This document shows, one piece after another, positions 13,046 through 23,890 of a stretch of DNA of 32,836 nt. Each line of letters opens with the position of its first letter. Within the stretch, counting starts at the first letter, position 1. Both the position numbers and the translations under genes were made by a program. The stretch comes from Priapulus caudatus (Eukaryota): the NCBI RefSeq assembly GCF_000485595.1, contig NW_014577075.1:486345-519180 (forward strand). Direction: 5' to 3'. Below the pieces are notes generated by a model that was not told the DNA's origin, searched no databases, and was given only the letters and a program-made list of their open reading frames with translations.

Positions 13046-14439
13046 CGAGCGCAAGGTATCAGTTACACCACGTCTTTCAAGCGCGGATGTTCTATGGCTG
13101 CAATAAGATACGAATAGGTAAGTGGTGTGTATATTTCACCACAGGTGGCGCTGCAGATATATAGATAAAGGACTCTAAAGCTGCCATTCAATACTTATAT
13201 ATAGCGCCCTATACAAATTCAACTATGTGTTATATATATATAGGCCCTATACAAATTAACCCATGTGTTTGTCAATATATCTATGATGCCATATTGTATG
13301 ACAGTTGGGCACCCTTCCTGCGAATGTCGTCACTGTGATGGAATGCGATTAACTATTACTTATTGTGAATATGCATGAAAACTATACCCGTGTTCTGCTA
13401 TTTAAAAGTTAAGTGTGTTTAAAAAAAGAAAAGAATATAAAAACTTGCTATATTAACGAATCTTTCGCAAATCACGTTCGACACGTAGCTCAACGATACC
13501 ATGTGGGTTGATATATTCTTAATTATGATCTATACTTCAAGATATTGGTCAAAACCTAAATGAAAAAAACGCTCCGTTATCAACCAATCCGACATGAAAT
13601 TTATGCAAACACTAATAATCTAAAAGTAATTCACTTTATTTCTACCTAGTGACAGGGGCATACGTTTTCCTTTTAGAAAATTTTATGATCTCATTAGAAC
13701 ACGCTCCCTATATGGAACATAATGTCACTGGTAACACAATTTATACCAAACTTTAATATCAAAGGCGCTCTCGAGTCACAGAATCTCATTATTATAATAT
13801 ATGCGTGATTTCATCGTAAATAAAACTAACTGCCGTCGTCTTCAAAATGCATCATAATAATCTATGAGGTTTAACGCGCAGGGGTGCCGTAAATCAGTTT
13901 TCGCAACAAAACATATAAACAACAATAACATCGTTTCTGTATGCCTTTCACCCTGGAGCTGTTATTAATCAACACTCGGGTGAACACACTCCGATGAGCA
14001 CATGTATTCACTGCGCTCTGTCCTTGTTGGCTATTGTTACAAATCTCAGTATATCGACTGGACTACTGAAACGGGTTGACACCCCGCGGGTGCCTATGTA
14101 CAGATATTACATTCTGGCAGCAAAGGTCAGTCTTCATGATTGTTTACTCGATTATATCCTACACGTGAGTCTAGCTAACTAGACCACCGAGCTGCCAAAC
14201 CGTGTTTTATGTTATTCAACCCTATCCTCGCAGAGATATTGACGATAAACGGGGTATGGCGCGCCCTGGCGGACACTGACAAAAGCACAATGCAATCCCT
14301 TCCATGCGTGCGTCAAGTAACATTCATCGCCAAAAACCGCGAGTCACCAGTTAGTAAGAGTTAGTACCAGTTAGTACAATGATTTTAGGCATGTCTATAG
14401 ATCAACGCGTCAACTGTGCGATATTTGAAGCTGCGCGTT

Positions 14440-14514
14440 GTCTGTAATCGTACGGTGTCTGTATGGGAGCGGTGTCTGTATGCGTACGGTGTCTGTATGC
14501 GTACGGTATCTGTA
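14440..14514. repeat. Short 17-bp tandem repeat TGCGTACGGTGTCTGTA
   Basis: About four imperfect copies. Confidence 0.75.
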
Positions 14515-14813
14515 AGTGAGTAGTGGCAGTCATACACTATTCCTTGTACGATTTCTGCATGCAGTGTTTGGTGACTGTAGGTGTAGGCTCCCACCCTACA
14601 CAATAGTACACATAGGTGTAAATTGTCTGTGCGCGTACAATTTACGTGGCCAAACAGCGTCCGTAGATGCGTGGTGTTCACATGTTTACGACGTCCGTAG
14701 ATGTGTGGTGTTCACATGTTTACGGCGTCTGTAGATGTGTGGTGTTTACATAAGTTAACGCTGCAATTCAATCTCATGTAAGCACAAGACGCAAAGCGTA
14801 GAGAAGCAATCAC

Positions 14814-14945
14814 CTTCTTGTACGTGATATCGTCAAAGAACTCTAATATCGCGTCGGGGCTGCTCACGGAGAGCACGATAGGATGTGACGTAATAAAGGC
14901 GTCCTTCACCATCACCTTGTCCAGAAACATCATGAAGTTATCCAG
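14814..14945 (-). CDS. Aminopeptidase N-like exon 7 (catalytic Tyr), positioned out of order
   Basis: LDNFMMFLDKVMVKDAFITSHPIVLSVSSPDAILEFFDDITYKK matches the M1 pattern DALxSSHP...FDxISYxK; CAG acceptor, GT donor, 132 nt, phase 0/0; logically follows exon 6. Confidence 0.9.
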
Positions 14946-15435
14946 CTGTAAATGCAAGAAATGATAACCCTGCCAGCGTGACTTTCAAACAGTGAGTGCA
15001 CATCGGTAAGCTGTATTTTAGCCAGACATCATCCGCAGCATCTTGCAAAGACTGTCGGTGCCGTGTATCGTCTATAGATTCCTAGCCTTACATCTACATG
15101 CAGCCGCGTGAATAGTGACAGGAAAGTACACTGCAATAAATTCAAAACTTTCAACTTTCAAAAGATTTAATGTTATTGTAACAAGTGAACGTATTTCGCC
15201 AAGAAGATCCATTAAATGAACTGTTCGCGACGTAAAACACGTCTAAGAGAATTTTGATGCTTTCTTGAATTACTCTTTTCTCCACTATCTATAAGCTAAC
15301 GCAAATAACGGAAACATATGGATTCCGCTCACAATATACAACGCTTTAATCAGATCTATTAAAAAGACGTAGTTTCACGTGACCAACTGATCAACTAACG
15401 AATGTGATTCAACACATCTACCTGGTCGAATATCA

Positions 15436-16308
15436 ACAGGCGACAGATATCCACATCCAAGTGGGGCGTTAAAGGCCCCGCTGGCGCAATAATACACTGT
15501 GCAAGTGATGCAGCCTACTTTTCTTTGCTGGAGGCGGTATAACGTACAACCAAGGCTTACCACACACTACTATATAGGAGGCCTTAGGCCCCCTTTACAC
15601 ATAATACTATATCTGTGGCGTTGATGGGCCGCCAGCATACACTATACTACAATACTATATAGATGGCATTAGGCCACCGTCATACAAATACTATATATGC
15701 GGCCTTGGGCCCCCAGCATAAACTATTATTACAATACTATATAGGTGGCCTTAGGCCCCTGTCATACAAATACTATATATGTGGCCTTGGGCCCCCATCA
15801 TACACTATTATTACAATTCTATATAGGTGGCCTTAGTTAGGCACCCGTCATACAAATACTATATATGTGGCCTTGGGCCCCCATCATACACTATTCTATT
15901 ATTACAATTCTATATAGGTGCCTTAGACCCCCATCATACAAATTCTATACATGGGGCCTTGGGCCCCCATCATACACTATTAGTACAATGATATATAGGT
16001 GGCCTTAGGCCCCTGTCATACAAATATAACGCCGGCAACACTATAACGTGCTACTAAAAACTTACCGAGTGCTGCACTGACGCTTGTCTTGTTTTTTTTC
16101 CTATTTAATGCTATATCTATGCCTATGGGTAATACAATCGGCATATACCAAGGTAACTTGTTTTAGCATTACTAAAATACGTAAACAAAAAGAACTATTT
16201 TTGGTCGGGGAAGGATTATTGTCGGAGTGAGCTGACGGGGGCTGGAGGCCACCGGCGGTGGACGAGGTGGCCTAAAGCCACGCTTGGATGTGGATATAAG
16301 TCGCCTGC
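15436..16308. mobile_element. Non-autonomous TIR DNA element, copy 2
   Basis: Direct-orientation homologue of 474-1273 with the same TIRs (CAGGCGACAGATATCCACATCC / GGATGTGGATATAAGTCGCCTG); differs by substitutions and one extra internal repeat unit. Confidence 0.8.
15562..16025. repeat. ~82-bp dimeric minisatellite inside TIR element copy 2
   Basis: Eleven GGCCTT(A/G)GGCC-type subunits (~5.5 units); period seen at 15741 to 15823. Confidence 0.85.
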
Positions 16309-17760
16309 GCTACGCATACCAGCCAGTACACAATCTGTCTACGTTAGTGTGTTAGCGCATGCGCAATATCTCACCAGAGGAGTTATATTTTGTGATGAAT
16401 ATGCATTTAAAATGGTTAGGGGGTATCTCAGCATAGATTTCCCTAATAAACTTTTATCAGTAGACCTCTGTTTACAATTAGAAGACCGCTCTAGCATGTA
16501 GGGTACAAAACACCTACTTTATGCCCTCGCGTCCTTCCCCTTGCCTCCCCTGTTCCTCGCTCAGCCTCCTTCTTCTTCTACCGCCCCCAGTTATATTCCC
16601 TGCCGCCTTTCCTCGGTCTCCCATCTCCTCTCCTTCGCAGTAAGCTATATTATGAAGTTTGCCACAGACGGCACTGCACGCCTAACACTGTGCGCGCGCA
16701 TGCGCAATATCTCCCGGGAGAAATCGTATTTTGCAAAGATTATGCATTTAGAATAAAAGAGGAGTTATTCTAGCATAGATTTATATGATAACATTCCATC
16801 AGTAGGCATCATTTAAGAAATAGGAGGAAGACATTGCATGTAAGGTAACCGCTGCGTATACCAGCCAGTACACAATCTGGCGATGTTAGTGTGTTAGTGC
16901 ATGCGCAATATATCACCAGAGAAGTTATATTTTGTCCTTTTGTCCTTTAATCTTTGAAATCGTATTTTGCAAAGATTATGCATTTAAAATAAAGAGGAGT
17001 TATCTCAGCATAGATTTATATGATAACGTTCCATCAGTAGACATCACTTAAGAAATAGGAGGAAGACTTTGCATATAAGCTCCCAGCTGCGTATACCAGC
17101 CAGTACACAATCTGGCTATGTTAGTGTGTTAGCGCATGCGCAATATCTCACCAGAGGAGTTATATTTGATGATGAATATGCATTTAAAATGGTTAGGGGG
17201 TATCTCAGCATAGATTTCCGTAATAAACTTTTATCAGTAATCCTGTGTATGTAATTAGGAGAGCGCCCTAGCATGTAGGGTATAAAACACCTACGTTATG
17301 CCCTCGCGTCGTTCCCCTTGCCTCCTCCTGTCCCTCGCTCAGAATCCTTCTTTTTCTACCGCCCCAGCTATCTTTCCTGCAGCCTTTCCTTAGTCTCCCA
17401 TCCCCTCTCTCCCTCAGCAAGCTATATTATTAAGTTTGCCTTAGACGGCACTGTACGCCTAACACGGTGCGCGCGCATGCGCAATATCACCCGAGAGAAA
17501 TCGTATTTTCCAAAGATTATGCATTTAAAATAAAGAGGAGTTATCCTAGCATAGATTTATATAATAACATATTATCTGTAGACATCATTTAAAAAATAGG
17601 AGGAAGACCTTTCATATAAGCTCTCAGCTGCGTATACCAGCCAGTACACAATCTGGCTACGTTAGTGTGTTAGCGCATGCGCAATATCTTACCAGAGGAG
17701 TTATATTTGATGATGAATATACATTTAAAATGGTTAGTGGGTATCTCAGCATAGATTTCA
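16309..17760. repeat. ~541-bp tandem satellite array
   Basis: Units start at GCT(G/A)CG(T/C)ATACCAGCCAGTACACAATC at 16309, 16851, 17086 and 17627 (542, 235 deleted, 541, partial). Confidence 0.9.
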
Positions 17761-17921
17761 ATGCATACATGCATGGATAGATGGATGAATGGATGAATGG
17801 AGAAAAATGGGTAAATGGATGGATGAATCAATAGGTAGAAGTGTCGGTGGATGGATAGTTGGATAGATAAAAAAAGAAATAGTGGCAGATCGATAGTGTG
17901 ATACAGGTAGTTTTTGCGTAC

Positions 17922-18077
17922 CTTGCTTCGGTTTTCTCCTTTTTAAAATTCGATATGGAAACCATATGTTTTGGGCGTACGATGACGATAGAGAAATATG
18001 CTTTCATCGCTGGTTCATCCATACATGGGAAAGCCTGGCGGGCGTCCACTGCCTCCATCTGACTGCTCGCCACCCAC
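17922..18077 (-). CDS. Aminopeptidase N-like exon 2
   Basis: Encodes (R)WVASSQMEAVDARQAFPCMDEPAMKAYFSIVIVRPKHMVSISN...TEA(R), containing the M1 motif DARxAFPCxDEP; 156 nt, phase 2/2; AG acceptor 18079-18078 and GT donor 17921-17920; frame matches exon 1. Confidence 0.92.
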
Positions 18078-18748
18078 CTCAATCACAGCGTAAAAATAGG
18101 GCAAATTAAATCAAACTTATTGCGATGGTGAGAGATTGATAAACAACCCAACTGTCAACTTGACAGACAATAATATAAATTTCCATATAGATTCTCTCCC
18201 TCACGCGTGGCTCTAGCACGCTAGCACTCTACTTGTTAACTCAACCGTTATACGAATTATACGGAACGTACGTACAAGCGTACCCCAACCCAATCTTCAT
18301 AGATCTGTATTCCATGTTAGAAATCGCATAGTTACACTCGCTATGACGCATTGCACGACCCTCTGCGTGCTACACGTGTAACAACACTAGCTCCTTATCT
18401 CTCTCCATATCTCCCCACCATTTCTTCACATGTCTACTCGTTAAAATTTGTATGTTTCCTTTGAGCGGCTCATTAGAAGCAACGTGTAGAAATAGAAGTG
18501 CGGTTTTTCGTTGGCTTCCTTTTTGTGCAGCCCACCTCTAAGACACTCTCGCACTTACTGCAAACAAAAGCGCGAAACCACACCTGTCCTTGTCGCAAGT
18601 TGATTTCATAATTGCATCGTAATACCTTCTCGTTCCTTTTCTTTTCGCGTTGGGTACAACTCAATCGTGACGAAGGCAGAATTAAACTATATAAAACGAC
18701 ACGGTAATCGCTGTATAGCATCTACCGTTGACGCGTTTTTTTTTTTAC

Positions 18749-19500
18749 CTTAAGTGACCTGAACTATTCTTGTATTGCGTCCGGTAGAAGCCTCTTGGCG
18801 TTTCCTTCAGAATTCCCGCGAAATCGACGTACAGCTCATAGTCGGTTGCCTCCGTCAGGTTGCCGTCGAGTTTGATGATGAGGAACTCCTGCTCTTTGTC
18901 GACGTCGAACGACAGCAGCGCCGGCGGCGTCACCGCTTGCTGTCCCGACGCGATCGTCAGCGTCAGCGTCGTCTCGTTTATCGTCAGGTCGCGCGCGTGC
19001 AGCGTGATGTTGGAGCCTGGCTTCGCGCAGGTGAACGACAGTCGCAGCTTGCCGACAAAGCGAAACGTGCCGTCGTTCAGATACGGCTGCAGCTCGATCT
19101 CGTAGTTCGTTGGCACGATGTGCGTCGGAAGCCGCGCGGCGACTGCCGACTTCGATTTCCCTTCCGCTCCTCCTTCGGGTTCCGCTTCCGGCTTCCCTTC
19201 CGGTTCCGCTTCCGGCTCACCTTCCGGCTTTCCTTCCGGTTTTCCTCGCGGCCCCGGTTCCGGCTTCCCCTTTCCCTGCACGGCGCCGTCGCGCGCGCCG
19301 ATCCGCGGCTGCTGCCGACCGCCTGCGTCGGATCGCGGGACGGTGTAGGCGACGATGAGACCGACGGCGACGAGCGCGGCGAGGACGAGTAGCGTGACGA
19401 TGACGATGACGGCTGTTGAGCAGAAGCAGCCGCCTCGGCGACCGCCGAACATGCGCTCGCTCTCCTTGCTGACGGAGAATGCTTCCGAATCCGTGTACAT
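18749..19500 (-). CDS. M1-family aminopeptidase N-like, coding exon 1 (cytoplasmic tail, signal-anchor TM, stalk, start of domain I)
   Basis: GCCGACATG start; hydrophobic TM TAVIVIVTLLVLAALVAVGLIVAY; M1 N-terminal motifs RLPTHIVPTNYEIEL, ITLHA and GFYRTQY; GT donor at 18748-18747 (752 nt, phase 2). Confidence 0.92.
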
Positions 19501-19589
19501 GTCGGCGGTGGCGTGACTGCTAGATTAGTATCTCATATAGGATCGGCTTACGTCTAGCTATAGAGCTATTTCACACTCTCGCTCCCTGC

Positions 19590-19607
19590 ATGTCTCTCAC
19601 GCGCGCG

Positions 19608-19670
<63 letters not shown>

Positions 19671-19900
19671 CCTCCGCTCTCTGTCTCTCGCTCGCTTCTC
19701 TGTCTCTCATCTGCCTTCTCTTCCCTCTCGCTCGCTCTCTCCTCTCCGCTCTCTCTCTCTCTTCTTCTCTCCTCTCTCTCTCTCTCTCTTTCTCTGATGT
19801 CTCTCAGCTCGGCTCTCTGTCTCTCGCGTCGCTCTCTGTCTCGTCGGCCTCGTTCTCTGTCTCTCTCGCGTTCTCTTCCTCTCTGCTTCTCTCCTATGTT
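19590..19900. repeat. (CG)n-(CT)n tract upstream of aminopeptidase exon 1
   Basis: Direct inspection. Confidence 0.92.
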
Positions 19901-20514
19901 CGCTTGCGTCCCTTTCTCTGCTCACTTCTGTCCGTTGTTCTTCATTACTATTCCGAGATTCTCTGCGCCGTCTGTTTTTTATCGCATTCTCACACAAACA
20001 CAGACACTACCTTACGATCAACACCATATTGACAAGCTTTTTCACAGCGGGACGAATAGTGTATGCGCAATACAAGAGAGAAACCGGTAAGCTATTCCTC
20101 GTGGGCGCGTTGGGGGTGGACCGAGCGCGGAACGGCTGTGTTGAGGGCGACGCAAGCATTCTTTTACCCGTGATCGTTTATGGGGGCATCGCGGCGTCGC
20201 ATTGAGTTAGACCGATCGTCGACGGAAGATTCGCAGCTAGTGATGGGAGAATATCGGAGAGTTGTGGGCTGCCTCGGTGTGCCATATGGACACTGCAATG
20301 CTCCGGGCACGGGCGGTACATGCTCTTCGGGCCATGTAATCGGTCCAGTAAATCTCAGTTAGCCCATCTCAGTTGATCTACGGGGTGTGTCCTCTAGCCC
20401 CTTACGCAATACGTTGTCATGTCTTATAAACCCAAGTGAATCATCTCATAGCAATTTTGACGCATGGCCCATAGCGTCTCCCGTGTCGTTTAGGCCGACC
20501 ACGCTCGATTACTT

Positions 20515-20995
20515 TCACACAATGGCCACAGCACACGCACACGCGGACACGCACACGCACACGCCTCACACGCGACACGCACCCGCGGCTACGCACACGC
20601 GACACGCACACGCACGACTCGCACACGCACACGCACACCGCACACGCACACTGGCACACGCACCGCCACCGTATTGCACGACGCACCACACACACACACA
20701 CACACAGCACACACACACAGAAACCCACACCACAGCACACACACACACACACCACACCACCACACACACACACACACACACCCACACACACACGCACGCA
20801 CGTGCACGCACACACGCACACACACATCAGCACTTGCACACACCACACACACCATCACACACATTCTCAAAGCACGTAGGCCACACGCACGCACACACGC
20901 ACGACCATGCAGGCCACACGCGCTATCGCACACTGAATGCACGCCAGCACTACGCACGCACACATGCAACGCACACATGCACTCAAGCACGCAGT
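20515..20995. repeat. Degenerate (CA)/(CACG) tract
   Basis: Direct inspection. Confidence 0.9.
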
Positions 20996-22789
20996 CTACA
21001 CGGGCAAAAGCTGTTATCAGTTACCACGTCTTCAAGCGCGGTGTTTCTATGGCTCTGCATAAGATTAGCGAATACGTAAGTCGGTGGTGTTATTTCCACC
21101 ACAGATTGCGCGCTGCAGAGTTATATAGATAAAAAGGACTCTAAGCTGCCACACGCTATATATTATATAGGCCCTTATACAAGAATCAAGACCCATGTGT
21201 TTGATATATATTCTATCGCTGCACGTATTTCTATTGCACCCTTCCTCCGCGAATTGTTCGTACTGTGACTGGAATGGCATTAACTATTACTTATTGTGAA
21301 TATGCCATGAAAAACTATACCGTGTTTCCTGCTATTTAGAAGTTAAGTGTGTTCTAAACAAGAAAAGGATATAAAAAATTGCTTATTAACGTACATCTTT
21401 CGCAAATCCACGTTCGACCACGTAGCTCAACGATACCATTTAGCCGTGATATATTTCTTAATCATGATCTATACTTCAAGATATTGGGTCAAAACCTAAA
21501 TGAAAAAAAGCGGCTCCCCGCTTATCAACACATCCGAACATTGAAATTTATGCAAACACTAATTAATCTTAAAGTAATTCACTTATTTCTACCTAAGTGA
21601 CAGTGGGCATACGTTTTCCTTTTAGGAAAATCTTATAAATCTCTTAGAACACGCTCCCATATATGCGAACATAATGTCACTGCGTAACACAAATTTATTA
21701 CCAAACTTTAATTATCAAAGGCGCCTCTCGCCAGTCACAGAATCTCATTATTACTAATCATTATGCGTTGATTTCATCGATTAAATAAAACTAACTGCCG
21801 TGCTTGTCTTCAAAAATGGCATCATAATCAATCTGTATGAGCGTTTAACGGCAGGGGTGCCGTAAATTCAGTTTTTCGCAACAAAAATATAAACAACAAT
21901 AACATCGTTTCTGTATGCCTTTCACCCTGGACTGTTCATTAATCACACTCGGGGGTGAAACACACTCGATGAGCACATGTATTCACTGCGCTTCTGGTCC
22001 TGTTTGGCCGCTCTCTGTTAAACATCCTCCGTATATCTCGACTGGACTACTTGACGGGCTCTGACACCCGCCGCCGGTGCCTAATGTACAGATATGTACA
22101 TTCTCGGCCAGCAAGGTCCGCCTTCATGTTTTACTCGATTATATCCTACACATGAGTCTAGACTAACTAGGACCACCGAAGTGCCCAAACCGCTGTTTAT
22201 GGTTTTCAACCTTCCCTCGCAGAGATTATTTGACGATAACGGGGGCGGTATGCGCCGCCCCTTGTGCGGGACAACTGACATAAGCACAATCAATCCCTTT
22301 CCTCATGCGTGCGTCAAGGTAAACTCTCATCTGCCAAAATACCGCGAGTCAGCCGTTAAGTAAGAGGTTCAGGGTACCGTTTAGTACTATATGATTTTAG
22401 GCACATGCGTCTATTAGACAAGCGGTAACTGTGCGCGATATTTGAACCGTTTTCTGCTAATCGTACGGATCGCCGTCACTCGGCGACGGGTGTCTGATGG
22501 GAGCGGCCATGCGGGTTGTCTGTAATGGTACGGCCTACCCCACTGGGGCCCGGGTCCCGCTGTTCTGTATCGCGTACGGGTATTCTGTAAGTGCAAGTAT
22601 CGGAGTCATACACTATTCCTTGCTCCCACCGATTTCGTGCATGACGCTCAGTCCGTTTTGTATGCACGTGTACCCGGTGTAAGGCTCCACCCCTACACAC
22701 ATAGTCTACACATAGGTGTAATTCAGTACTGCCGCCGCCGATGTCCACCGCGATTACAATCTCTATCCCCGTGCGCTCCCCCCCAAACA

Positions 22790-23890
22790 GCGTTCCGTAG
22801 ATGGCGCTCTGCGGGCGGGTGGTTCATTCATGTGTTACGAACGTCTTAGATTGATCGTGTGTGTTCATAACATGTTACGCACGTCATGTAGATGCTGTCG
22901 GTGTTTAATGTTTACGACGTCTGTAGCGACCCTACGCTGTGTGTGTGTCACATGTTTCACGACGTCCTGTAGATGTTGGTCGTTCACATGTTTACGACGT
23001 CGTTAGATGTGTTCGTGTGCTTTCACATGTTTACGGCTGTCCGTCGCTGACCCACTGTGTTGGTGCTTATACACTCGTTCTTTTACCCGACCGTTCTGTA
23101 GATGTGTGGTGTTCACATGTTTACGACGACCACCGTCTGTAGCATGCTTGTTCGGAGATCTCGCTCGCCCCTCGTTCTGTTTACATCTTTTACGCAGGCC
23201 GCTTCCCGTAGCCATGCGTGCGTGCTTCACATTGTTTTTACGACGTCTGTAGGAATGTGTGGTGCTTCACTATGTTTTACGACGTCTGCTAGATGCTTTG
23301 TGGTGTCACAAATTGTTTACGGCCGTCTGGTAGTATGTGTGGTGTTTACATGTTACGGCTGTCCGTAGTATGTGTGGTGTTCAGCATGTTTACGGGCCGT
23401 CCGTTCAGATGTGTGGTGTTTTCACATGTTTACGAGCGTCCGTAGTATTGTGTGTGTGTGTCACATGTTTACGACGTCTGTAGATGTTTGGGTTCACATG
23501 TTTACGGGCCGTCCGTAGAATGTGTGGTTTTCACATGTTTACGGCGTCCGTAGATGTGTGGTGTTCACATGTTTACGACGTCTGTAGATGTGTGGTGTTC
23601 ACATGTTTACGGCGTCCGTAGATGTGTGGTGTTCACATGTTTACGACGTCTGTAGATGTGTGGTGTTTACATGTTTACGACGTCTGTAGATGTGTGGTGT
23701 TCACATTTTTACGGCGTCTGTAGATGTGTGGTGTTCACATGTTTACGACGTCTGTAGATGTGTGGTGTTCACATGTTTATGACGTCTGTAGATGTGTGGT
23801 GTTCACATGTTTACGACGTCTGTAGATGTGTGGTGTTTACATGTTTACGACGTCTATAGGTGTATGGTGTTCATATGATTACGGCGTCTG
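22790..23890. repeat. 34-bp minisatellite GTAGATGTGTGGTGTTCACATGTTTACG(A/G)CGTC(T/C)
   Basis: Exact 34-bp period (23584 to 23618); clean after ~23540, noisy before; ~2.5 units also at 14660-14750. Confidence 0.95.

Larger units (their letters stand above)
9481..14750. repeat. Segmental duplicate, copy A (exon 2', exon 1', upstream region)
   Basis: Begins ATGCATACATGCATGGATAG as at 17761 and stays colinear, offset ~8 kb, until the 34-bp minisatellite. Confidence 0.88.
17761..22920. repeat. Segmental duplicate, copy B
   Basis: Colinear with 9481-14750; clean to ~19650, insertion-rich afterwards. Confidence 0.88.

Noticed and set aside
13879..14268. Possible hAT element CAGGGGTGCCGTA ... TATGGCGCGCCCTG
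   Set aside because: TIR match is imperfect and no 8-bp TSD is visible.
474..16308. LTR retrotransposon interpretation of the two 0.8-kb direct repeats
   Set aside because: No TG...CA ends, no 4-6 bp TSD, no gag/pol; each repeat has its own long TIRs.
16309..17760. Hammerhead-ribozyme (retrozyme-type) satellite
   Set aside because: No conserved CTGANGA...GAAA core with supporting stems seen by eye on either strand; a covariance-model search would be decisive.
18775..19392. 205-aa plus-strand ORF (also 25641-26084)
   Set aside because: Antisense shadows of GC-rich coding exons.
23540..23890. CRISPR-like 34-bp repeats
   Set aside because: Head-to-tail with no unique spacers, no cas genes, eukaryotic context.
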